Shown: positions 53,485 to 64,000 of the stretch, piece by piece
How the letters are laid out: the number at the start of each line of letters is the position of its first letter
Numbering within the stretch: the first letter of the stretch is position 1
NCBI RefSeq assembly: GCF_036321535.1
Contig: NC_087437.1
Coordinates: 114,144,001 to 114,208,000, forward strand
Source: Camelus dromedarius
Lineage: Eukaryota
Reading direction: 5' to 3'
Length of the DNA stretch: 64,000 nt
Notes under the pieces: generated by a model
The model's database searches: none
What the model saw: the letters and a program-made list of their open reading frames with translations, nothing else
What the model was told of the DNA's origin: nothing
Program-made: the position numbers and the translations under genes

Positions 53485-53905
53485 TATGTTTGAGCTTCAT
53501 TCATGTTGTATCAATAGTTCATCCCTTTGTGTTAATGAGTGGTATTTCGTTGTACCAATACACCACGGTTTGATTGTTTATTTTCCTGTGGAAGGACATT
53601 TAGGATGTTTCCAGCTGGGGCCTGTTATGAACAATGTCATTATGGACATTTTTGTGCAAATAATTTCAGTGGACCTTTTTCTTCCTCTCATTTCTCTGGG
53701 GTAGAGAACAGGCAAAATTAGGTTACCAGGTTAGAAATCAGAACGGTGGCCCTAGGGGTGGCACACAGGAACTTTCTGAGGTCACGAGCAGGTGCCATAA
53801 TTCTGACTGGTGGGGTAACTACACAAGTACATACATTTATCAAAAGTCATCAGACTGTGCACTTGAATGTATGTAAATTAGGTGCCATTTATAAAAATCA
53901 TTTTT
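53485..53905. mobile_element. Old L1M fragment, apparently inverted (antisense 53485-53700 joined to a sense 3' UTR 53701-53905)
   Basis: TTCATTCATGTTG...GGACATTTAGGATGTTTCCAG (antisense), then CAGGCAAAA...ACATTTATCAAAAGTCATCAGACTGTGCACTT (sense). Confidence 0.65.
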
Positions 53906-55199
53906 AAAGGAGAGAACAGTCTGATAGAGAGTGAGATTGCAGTGGGTAAAGGGAATCATTGCATCAGCGCCCAGCACAGCCACTCTCTTCTGTACATCCT
54001 GGAACTGCAGACGCTAAGAAGCTGGGACTCATCATTCTCAGAATTTCTTGAATCGAAGAGTCAAATTGAACTTCTTCAAATGAGAAGCAAACATGCAAGA
54101 TACGCCAAAAAAAAAAAAAAAAAAAAAAAAAGACAAGCAGAGGCGAGGTGGGGACCATCGTCCTGCTACTTCAAGTGTGGCGGTGGAGGGTGAGAAAGGT
54201 GACTTTCCACAGCTCCGAGCCCGTCGCCTGGCCAGAGCAGGTGTGCCTGTGGTGGGGCCAGCCCCACCGTTCCGGCACCCAGCCATCAGCCTCAAGGCAT
54301 CTTAAGGGATAGTTAAAGCAAGAGAAGATCTAGACAGAAGCTACAAGTCTCTTTTTTGCGTGTCTGTTTTGTTTTGTTTAAGTATGAACATTTTCAAGGA
54401 TACATAATTGCTGAAAGTATGGTACAGTGATACCCACGCAGCCACCCCCTAGGTCCTACCATTGTTAACATTTGCTTTATCACGTATCCACCATATATTC
54501 ACGAAAAGAAAAGGTCAAGTCAGAAATTCTCACTCTCTGGCCAGAATGAAATACAGAACGTCAATTTTGCTGTCTCAGAATTTCATGACAAGGGGAAAGA
54601 ATCGCACACATCATACTCATGAATAATTACCTGTGACTCAAAGATTTAAAGAATATTTTTTAAAAAGAGAAAATATCACCAGAGGAAACTCTTGCTCCTC
54701 TCTGAACCTTAACTGAAAGTTAACTTCTGTTTTGTTTGACAAATATGCCTTCTAGTGACAACAGGAACACCCAGCAACTGACAGGGCCATGAACTTCGTG
54801 TTTCTGCACTACGTCAAACTTTTAAAATATGACTCAGACTTTTACAATTTTTAAACATTTTTCATTTAGAAAAATTTTCAAACCTAGAGAAAAGTTTCAA
54901 GAACAGTGCAGTAAATGCTGCTGCATGGTTCACCCAGCTCCTCTTTCTCTCTCCCTCTGTCTCTCCATCCCTTCCTCTTTGTCGCAGGGACTGGACCGTG
55001 CTGGGAAAAAGCAGCAGTCTAGGGGGAAGGGATTTGTGGGTTCTTGTTCTGGATCTGCATGAAATAAGCAGCAGAACTTGGATGAATCTCTTCACCTCTA
55101 CAGATCTCTGTTTCTTCATCTCAAAGATCAAGAGCTTGTACTGAAATCTCAAGTACCACTTACCATCATTTGCTATGAGCTGTGATGGTTGTATAAATA

Positions 55200-55518
55200 C
55201 AATCATCCCTCAGTATCCACAGAGGATTGGTTTCAGGACTCCCAAGGATACCAAAATGCACAGTATTTGCATATAACCTACACACACATCCTCTCCTATA
55301 CTGTAAATCATCTCTAGATTACTTATGTACTTGATACAATGTTAATACTATGTCAGTAGTTGTAAGTACAATGTAACTGCTATGTAAACAGTTGCCAGCA
55401 TGCAGCAAATTCAAGTTTTGCTTTTGGGGAGCTTTGTGGAAATTTTTGTAATATTTTTGATCTTTGGTTAGTCAAATCCATGGATGCAGAATCCATGGAT
55501 GTGGAGGGAGGGCTGACT
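55200..55518 (+). mobile_element. MER2-like TcMar-Tigger MITE
   Basis: TA|CAATCATCCCTCAGTATCCACAGAGGATTGGTTTCAGGAC...GTATTTGCATATAACCTAC...AATCCATGGATGCAGAATCCATGGATGTGGAGGG...GCTGACT. Confidence 0.85.
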
Positions 55519-56849
55519 AGTGTGAAAGAATAAATGACGGAGTGGAAGACTTGGAGCCCATCGGGAAAGCTGAAGAAAGCAAGCAGGCAGGTGGAAAGTG
55601 GTGGATGCTTAGAATAATCAGAAACAATCTTTCTAGGATAGAGTTTTCCTAATCTGGGGGAGGGGGGGGAGTTAAGAAAACAACTCTCTGATTTCAAACA
55701 CTGACTGGGGAGGAACAAAGCCCCGACTGTCTGCTGGTAACTAAATATCAACACAGAGTGCAGTAAACCTCATTAATTTTTCCTAATTGGGTAGAAGTTT
55801 TGAAAAAGTCTGAGGTAGAAAAACATTTACACAAAATTCAGTTTAATTTCAAGTTCATATGGCAGCAAGGATGACAGGGCCCCGAGAAAGGGAGAGAGCA
55901 GAATGTCTTAGCAATAGATTTAAAAAAATAAGAATCAGAATATCCTTTTTATCACAGAAGCATTTGAATCCAAAGAGGGTTTACAAGTGTTTAGAAACAT
56001 CTGTTGGCCTTCAGCCTTATGAGGCCTATATAGTTCCTTTGTTTACACTTTTAATTTGGTTGGCAAACCCTTCCTCCACTTCTAGCCTTAATATATCAAT
56101 GCATTTCACCAGCTTGTTAACTTTATCCCAGATTCTAAGTTAGTGGATTTCTCATTGGCCAGGGTCATACAGCTCTTTTCTAAAAATCCTCAATACTTTT
56201 ATGCTCCCAGGAAATGCACCTGTCAACATGGCATGTGCATGCTCTCATTTTCTTAAAAGCAGGACCTAGGTTTCATTTTTCACCCTTGATTCTGAAGCAG
56301 CTGGAGAGCTTGAAAGAGAAGGGGGCAGTCAACAGGGGAGCAAATAAACCTAATCGTGGTGAAAAGGTGATGAAAGACTTGCGCTTACATTTCCTCAATT
56401 TGTTCTTAAAATGATCCTTGACACACTCTTTGATTGAGGACCAACTCTTGCTTTTCCAAGGCGGGGGTCACTGAGATCAAGAACAAAAGACACAGTTATT
56501 TTAAAACACAAATTTGAGCAATTAGTTCCCACTTTTTCCTCTCGATATTACAAAGACGTTAATAAGTAGCTAAACTGACCTCTTTGAATTCCGTTTCTGC
56601 TCCCTCCCCCAGCCCCCTGTCTCCCAGGTATGCTGAGTAGTAGACTGGTTCTAAGGAACGACTTGAGAAAAGTCTAACTGAAAATACCACCAGCAGCCAC
56701 TTAAGGCCTGTGGGCGTTTCTAGGAGACCTAACAGCTCAGCCATGGAATGAAATGGAAGTATATACACGAGTCATATTGGGAGGAGGCAGGACTAAAACT
56801 GGGGAGTGTGACGGATGCTGTCACTGCCACAGCAGTGTCCCCAGGCACT

Positions 56850-57069
56850 CACTGCTCCCCCCGTGGTCCGTACCTGCTACACTGTGCCTGCTTGAAGCAC
56901 TTGCAAGGCTCACCCCTGCCCCCTGGGGCAGTGGCAGGGAGACCAGAAGTGCTCTGAATCAGCTCTTGGCCCATAACAGATGGGAATTAAAGAGTCAGCT
57001 TTCTCCCCTCAGGGTGAGACAGCTCAGAAAGCACATTCTACGCTACCTCCCAGAGACAAACTTGCAACT
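56850..57069 (+). mobile_element. LTR16-like ERVL LTR fragment
   Basis: CAGCTTTCTCCCCTCAGGGTGAGACAGCTCAGAAAGCACATTCTACGCTACCTCCCAGAG resembles the LTR16 core. Confidence 0.5.
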
Positions 57070-58068
57070 GAGTCACTGAGCACACTTTGTTCCGGAGCAC
57101 CTTGTCACGGATGTTTGTACAGCAAGTAGCCTTGGGAGACAGAGGTAGTATTTTCTGCTGGAGCAAAGGGCAAGGATGCTTACTGCTCATTATGTAGGAT
57201 TTGGGTTCCTTAAGTATAGGATCCCACGCCACTGGTTCCATATGCAAAATCTAGGCCCATCCTCACTGTCCCTGTGGGAACAGAGGACAAGGAGAACCAA
57301 CACAGTGATGCCCACACTGCTTGCTGTGCCACGGGTAATGAAGCCCTTTGCCTCTGATCTAGGGGTCTCGTACCTGCTGCCGGCATCTGTGAGACTGTGT
57401 CAGGCCAGCCCACTAGCTTGCAAACGATACAGGGGAAGTGAGGGGATGGTTGTAGCCCAGGTCTTGCTTAAGTCCCTGAGACACACCCTGCCAAGTGAGG
57501 GGCCTTGGTTTCGTGTGGGAAAGAATTCGAGACTGAGCCATAGTAGAGTGAAGGTAGATTTATTCAGAGAGATGCACGCTCCATAGACAGAGTGCGGGCC
57601 GTCTAAGAAGGCCAGAGGGGCCACGAGGCATGGGGAGTGTTTAGTTTAAGGTAAAAGTAGATACACACTCCATAGGCAGAGTGCAGCCATCTTCAAAGGT
57701 GAGAGAGAGCAAGGGAGAGGCCGAGGGGTGCGAAGTTGTCAGTTTTTATGGGCCCAGCAACTTCATATGCTAACAAGTGGGAGAATCACTCCACCTACTT
57801 TGGGGAAGGGGCTGGGAGTCCCAGGCATTGGGCCATCACCCACTTTTTGACCTTTTATGGTCAGACTTGAAATTGTCTTGGCACCTGTGGGAGGGCCCCT
57901 CAGCAGCTATTGTATTACAATGAGCGTATAATGAAGCTCAAGGTCCACTGGGAGTCAGATCTTCCGCCATCTTGGTGCTAACTGCTGTGTCATCGTCATG
58001 GTTGTGCCCACCTCCTTCCCTCCTGTCTCAGAAGTATGGTGGCGATCTCAAACCCCATTGATTTCACA
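57070..58068 (+). mobile_element. ERVL-class LTR (homologous to 4043-4503), interrupted near its 3' end by an ERV1 LTR
   Basis: GGATGTTTGTACAGC...GGAGCAAAGGGC...GCTTGCTGTGCC...CCCTTTGCCTCTGATCTAGGGGTCTCGT...AGCTTGCAA, resuming as ...GATCTCAAACCC...CACA after 58034. Confidence 0.65.
57439..58030 (-). mobile_element. Younger ERV1-class solo LTR, 592 bp
   Basis: Termini TGAG...CTCA, 4-bp TSD GAAG (57435-57438 and 58031-58034), minus-strand AATAAA near 57560 and TATA-like CATAAAAA near 57745. Confidence 0.88.
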
Positions 58069-60159
58069 TCATAGGACATGACCAACTACAAGATTGAATT
58101 TGAATTTGGCCTAAGTTAGAAAAATCATTTTCTGAGAAAATGTATTTTAACATTTTATTTTGCTATATTGTTCAGATAAGATCCTAATCAAAATGGAAGA
58201 GTTTGAGAAATAGATCTCCAGAGTTTCTCTGGTCACAGAACTTGAGCTTGGACCACCCTCGCTCCTAGCTATTGGCAGACCCACTGGGGGCTACAGAGCT
58301 CACACACCGATTCTCTCAGAGAGTGAAGCTGTTCAAAGATCGAGGAGACTGAAGGCGGCTCAAAGGACAGCGTGCTGCAAATGGAACAATCAAGCACAAT
58401 GAATTCAACACTTTTTTGCTTCTTGCTTATGGAGTGATGGGTCAATACGCACTTTGTTCACTTTTTTGTTACATCATACAAAAGTCAGTCTCATCGAGTG
58501 TAGCATTAAAATGACAATGGGGAAAAAAGTGCAGTCCATGAAAGTTAATGAGACTTCTGTGGGTTAGGAGGGAAGGGCAAGCGTGTGGCTGACACTGGGG
58601 TTAACAATAAATTTAAAGTCCAAAGGGTTTTCATATTCATTCATGGGTGGACAACAGTGTGAGTACCTCTATGTACAGAACAGAAAAGGACACTGTTAGG
58701 AAGTTCATCAGTCCTCTGCAGCTCCACAAAGAGCAACAAGCTTTATCTCGCATATCATTGAAAATGAATTGGGCTCTATCACAGCTTAAGAACCATGGTT
58801 TGCTTTCAACATATACATACATATATATTACATATATAAATCATAATGTAACATCGTATTGTTACATTATTATGTGATGATATACATTAGAATTTTGTTA
58901 GAATTATATATGTAACCTACATGCATTAGTAACATATGTAGTGAACTTCGATAACTTCAGTATAGTAATTTCAGAAAAAGCTCTCTCTAGACTTCCCAAA
59001 AAAGTAAAGGCTTACTTTACTGGTTCTCTGTACTGTACTTAAACTTCTACAGTTGTGTGTCAGTTATAGAACATAAGTGAAGATAACATTGCAAAGATTA
59101 GATTAGATAGAAAAGATTAGATTAAACTGCACTATAAGTGTGATAATCTTCAGTTCAAATCAGAGACCAAAAAGATCCAAGGCCAGGGAAATAATTTCAC
59201 CCTTACTTAATATGCTTTTCAGATTAATCTAAGAATGACACCAAAAGGCCAAGATAAGAAATGCAGGCAGTGAATGCAAGCAAACTCCTTTTTTTAACAG
59301 AACGTTTTATATTGGAAATCAACATACACGTGAAGTGATAAAATAGTAGGTATTAACAATGTCCTAAAAAAAAAAAACTTCCATTTCTCATCATTTTATT
59401 CGTTTGAAAGCTTTTAGTTGCAAACAGAAATAAAATAAGATTTTTTTCCCTGAAAATTGAATACTCATTGCCAGCCTGATTTTGACATGGATTTTGTAAG
59501 TTGCTTGGACAAGAACAAACATCTTCAAATGCAGTTACTTCCAGAGCACCCGTGATAAACCAGGCATCGTGCCTGTGGGTGGATTCAAGAGCGATAAATG
59601 CCCTTGAAGAGCTCAAATGCAGATACAGACTTTTTTTAAGATAAAAAACATGGGACAGTTTTTTGTTGTTGTTGTTCCCAAAGGGTCTGCAAATTGGAAT
59701 TTATCCAAATTCCCTGCAAAATGGAAACCTGGGGAGAAATGAAGACAAGGTTTTGTTTGGCATGTTATCTCCCACTCTAACCATGGCAGGAGCCTTCAGT
59801 TTCCCCACTAGCATGGAAAGAGCAAAGATACTAAAAGCACTTGCTTCCAAACACTTCTTTTTTGGGTCTCTCCCCTTAATTTAGTTGTTTTGTGTCTTGG
59901 AATTCCTGCTATTTTATCAGTTCTGGACAAGAAAAATGAAGGCTAAAACCAAGAGCACCTCCAGATGAGGTAAAAGGAGGGAGCTGGACTCCATGTAGAC
60001 CAGTCCAGATCTTGAGGACAGAGGACCAGTGAGGGATTGAGGACAAAGCCCCAGCCAGCAATGAAGTGCGCCCCTTTGCCTGGAGTGTCCTCAATGCTAA
60101 AGACAGACAGTGAGGAGCGAGATGATGCTGCAGGTGTATTCCACACACCACCCTCTTTC

Positions 60160-61630
60160 ATACAGATGATTCCAGGGAAGTCTCCCCACTTAAATTTATG
60201 AGGCTGGTATAACCTAGGCACCAAACCTGGACAAGGACATTAAAAGAAAAAAGGAATATAGGCCAGTCCATCTTATGATCATAAATGCAAGAATCCTAAA
60301 TAAAATATTGGTAACCTAAATCCAGCAGGTTATTAAATAAATACATTTTGGCCATGTATGGTTACCCCAGGAATATAAAAGTAGATTAACATTAGAAAGT
60401 CTACAAATATAGTTTAAATGATTGGAGAAAAGCTGTACAATCATCACAATATTCAGAAAAACACAAAAGTAAAATTTAAAAATTTTAATACCTTTCAGGA
60501 TAACAACAGCAAAAATACCCTAAACAAGTTAAGGACGGAAGGAATTCCTTTAATCTGATCAATGAAATCAACCCAATCATACATAATGATGAAGAATTAG
60601 TGACGTTCTGAAACAAAACAAGTCAGGAACAAGAAAGAAGGCCTGTTCTTACTGCTTTTATTTAAAATTGTACCAGCAATCCCAGCCTGCGCAATAAGGC
60701 ATGAAAAAGAAATAACCGATACAAACATTGGAAAGGAAGAAATAAAACTGCCATCATTTGTGGACTATAGAATTATCTACATAGGAACTTCAAGAGAACC
60801 TGTATATTATTAGAGGAAAGAAATAGTGGTGGAAAAATAGACTGAATGAACAGATTAGGGAAATGCACAACAGACCAACATATCCATGTGCATTTCATAT
60901 ATGGTGGAGGTGGTAATATAAACTGGGAAGCAAGAATGAGCTATTCAAAAAATATTCTGGGCTGACTGTTCGTTCATTAAAAACATCTTTGCCTCATGCC
61001 AGATACAAAAATAAATTCCAGATGGATTTAAAATCTAAAGTTTTTTTTAACTTAACATTTATGGAAGAAAAAATGGGGAACAGTCTTAAAACCTCAAGAT
61101 GGAGAATCATTTCTAAAGCAAGACAAAAAAATGACAAGACAGGAAAGAGTGATATATTTTCTGCTACATTAAAATTAAAAACCTCTGTATGACTTCGTAA
61201 ACAGAGTGAAATCTATAAGCCAAATACTGAAAAAGACAACACGAATACCTGCAGAGGAGATTTGCCTTTTGGTCCTATTGGTCAGAAATGGGTCAGATGA
61301 CCAACCACTGCTCATCTGCAGGAGCTTAGGGAAGACCCACCTCCTTTCCTGGGGCATTGCCACCTCACACCTCAACCAAATCAGGACCCTTTTAACAAGA
61401 AAGAAGGAAGGAAATGTTGGTTGGGTAAGCGATCGACAGTATCTGCCAAACACAGTTCACAAACAAGTGACTGAAGAGCAAATCAGATTGACTAATAAAC
61501 CAATGAAAAGTTCTGGGCTTCGCTGGTCATCAGAGAATTACAATTTAATGGTCGGGGGAGGGAGAGAGGAAGAGAGAGACAGAGAGAGAGAATATCATAC
61601 AACCATCAGATTGAAAAAATTCTAAAACAT
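60160..61630 (+). mobile_element. Ancient L1 (L1ME-type) ORF2 relic, interrupted by an antisense MLT1-like piece at about 61250-61450
   Basis: CCAAACCTGGACAAGGAC...GCAAGAATCCTAAATAAAATATT...TCAGGAACAAGA...ATTGGAAAGGAAGAAATAAAACTGCCATCATTTG are decayed ORF2 motifs. Confidence 0.75.
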
Positions 61631-61669
61631 ACACTAACACCAAGTCATTGGGCTTTGAAGAGGCCCATC

Positions 61670-62120
61670 CCCACTTAGATGCTCTGTAAGCCTCTCAGTT
61701 CAGTGTATCCAAAACCAGACTGCTTCCAACACCCTTCATTTCAACCCAGTCAATGGCACCACCGACAACTTAAGGGGAAGCCTTGAGTCATCCTTAACTA
61801 CCGTCATAGCCTCACCACTCGTACCCAGTCACCCCGGCGTACCCATAAGTGCTTCTTTTCTGTTCCCACACCTCTAGAATCCATCCCCACTGCCTGGGGG
61901 ATGTTCTCATTTCCTGCATAGAAAACCTCTGCATCCTCTTAACCTACCTTTTTGCTTCCTCTCTTGTTGCCTTTCAACCACTATTCAGCAGGTAATGGAG
62001 CTGTCTCTCCCGTACTTAAATGCTTCCAATAGCCATTGTTATAAAGATCAAGTTGAAATTCCAAATGGGACATCCCTCAATGATCTGCCTGTGTCTCTTC
62101 CAGCCTCATCTACAGACCTC
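61670..62120 (+). mobile_element. L2 relic
   Basis: CAGTGTATCCAAAACCAGACT...CAGTCAATGGCACCACC...CCTTGAGTCATCCTTAAC...CTTAAATGCTTCCAATAGC. Confidence 0.6.
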
Positions 62121-63519
62121 TCTAGGATTCCACACCTTTCTACTGGGTTCAACTTTCTTCTCAGGTATATTCATTAAGAGTGATATTAGTGAGGGTCTTA
62201 TTAATGAGTAGTAAATTTGTCCAGTATTTGTATAAAATTGTTTTTACTTTGCTTACATCCTTAAATGATTATTTATTCCATGTTCATGGTTATTATATCT
62301 CAGTGCTCTGAGGGCCAAGGAAGGCCACTAATGATGGTGCCCAGGACACAAGACAATGATGAGGAGCCCCTCAAAAATGACTTGACCTCCTTGTAACTTC
62401 TGTCTGGGGCCAGCCTTGCTTATAGAACAGAGTATATTTCACAAAGAGAACTTCTCCATAAACTCTATTTGACATCTTTGCTTTGCTTATCTCTGCCAAA
62501 CACACTGCTCTTCCAGAAAACCAGCAAGGGGACACCTGTCTAGCTTCATAAGATAAGAAAAGTTCAGAAATATTCTTACACCTGGCCGTATTTTAAAGAC
62601 TGTGGTGCCTAGGTTTTCAGAATCATAAAAAAAAATTCATAAGTTAAATAAATATTTTAAACTTTTAATTTTAATCCTCCATGTAAAAGCCAAACATGAG
62701 ACTCAAGGCCCAGGAGACTCAGGCTAACTTATTTCTGTAAAATAAATCATTTCCTTCTAGTTGGCAAGCTTAGGGAAATGTATGCTATTCATTAGATTAC
62801 TAGCCCCCTCAGCCCAGCACTGCTGGGTAATTCTTTTTCATCTCTAAAACACCAATATTTGTGGCTAATTTAATTGATTCATGCCAAAGATGCAAGTGAA
62901 AATTGTTTTGGGTTTTATTTCATTACAAAACTATTAACTTGGTGTTTTGAAGAGAAAGAAAAAATGTTTTGAAAAAAATAAAAAGAGATCCAGGGGCCCA
63001 CTGGCCAGAAGAAACACACCAGGGAGCAACACGCACGTGTGTGAACGGCTTCTGAAAGGGACGGATTACAATCAAATTCCCTTAAGACAGGCAGACATTG
63101 CTTATTTTTTTGCAAAAAATATATTTGACCTAAACATGCATAAAACATAGATGTTCACATTCTGAACAACCTAAAAATATTAACTCCCTTCCCCCTTATT
63201 TGGCATCTCCTTTGGCACTCTTACGTGCCTTCTGAAATCCACTGTACTGCAGTTGGCAGACATGCAATCTCATATTTGCCCTCTTGAAATGCAAATGTAT
63301 ACAAGCCTTGTCCCGATGTATATTGACTATAAATTCTTTGCAGGCAAGGACCATGAATTTTGTTGTTGTTATTCTTTTCTACTTCTCAAAAATATCTCAT
63401 AAAACCCACTTTGGCACTGTGTTTAGATTTACATAACAGATTTGTGCTCCCCAAATGCTGTACTTCCTTCACCAACAGGACTTTGCACGTGGTTTATCTA
63501 GAACATCCATCTCATCCTT

Positions 63520-64000
63520 CAGGAAATAGACAATAAAAAATATGGTAAAAAGATATTTTGAGAAACTTTATGACAATAAACCTGACAATTTATATGAAGT
63601 GCACACATTCCTTGACAATCACACCTTACCAAAGCTGACACAGGAAGAAAGAGAAATATGAATAGCTCAATATTTATCTTAGAAGTTAAATCTGAAGATA
63701 AAAGCCTTTCCACAAATAAAATTCTAGGTCCAGATGGCTTCACCTGTGAGCTCTTTCATACATAAAGAAGAATTAACATCCATTATACACAAAATCTTTC
63801 AGAGAAGAGAACAAGTCCAGCCTAGCCATGATATTAAAATCTCCAAGGGCATTACAGGGTGAAGAAATTATAGACCAAACTCGCTTATCAGGTACAAAAT
63901 CCTGAACAAACTATTTGCAAACTGTATAGAAAAGGAAAATACATTATGATAAATTTGGGGTTATCCTAGGAAGGCAGAGTTGGGTTAAGATTAAAGATCA
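63520..64000 (+). mobile_element. Ancient L1 ORF2 relic, running off the window
   Basis: ACTTTATGACAATAAACCTGACAA...AAATTCTAGGTCCAGATGGCTTCACCTGTGAG (GPDGFT motif). Confidence 0.8.

Overview
This is mammalian nuclear DNA, intergenic or deep intronic. It is probably camelid, an inference from the L1 3'-tail sequences, a Vic-1-like tRNA-Ala SINE head, and the absence of Alu, Bov-A/BovB, PRE-1 and Can-SINE. I see no recognisable host protein-coding gene, rRNA, functional tRNA or CRISPR array. All protein-like ORFs are decayed LINE-1 ORF1/ORF2 fragments, plus a hAT transposase remnant that the ORF track misses. The window has five main components. (1) A twin-primed, 5'-inverted L1 (7072-11558) with a 14-bp TSD, inserted into the dimerisation-domain coding region of an ancient hAT (Zaphod/Tip100-like) transposon. 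(2) A full-length dead L1 (29624-37847) with a TSD, two nested younger L1 pieces and two compound trinucleotide microsatellites. (3) Several very short L1 3' tails, one of them a young/old chimera inside a single TSD. (4) Solo LTRs (ERVL, MaLR, ERV1), including an ERV1 LTR with a 4-bp TSD nested in an older ERVL LTR, plus MIR, L2 and MER relics. (5) A repeat-poor block at about 19-29 kb with dense TF-motif clusters and candidate non-coding exons. Repeat family names come from recalled consensus similarity, not a database search. I found no convincing novel biological system. The best leads are the retrotransposition chimeras and the candidate regulatory/lncRNA block.
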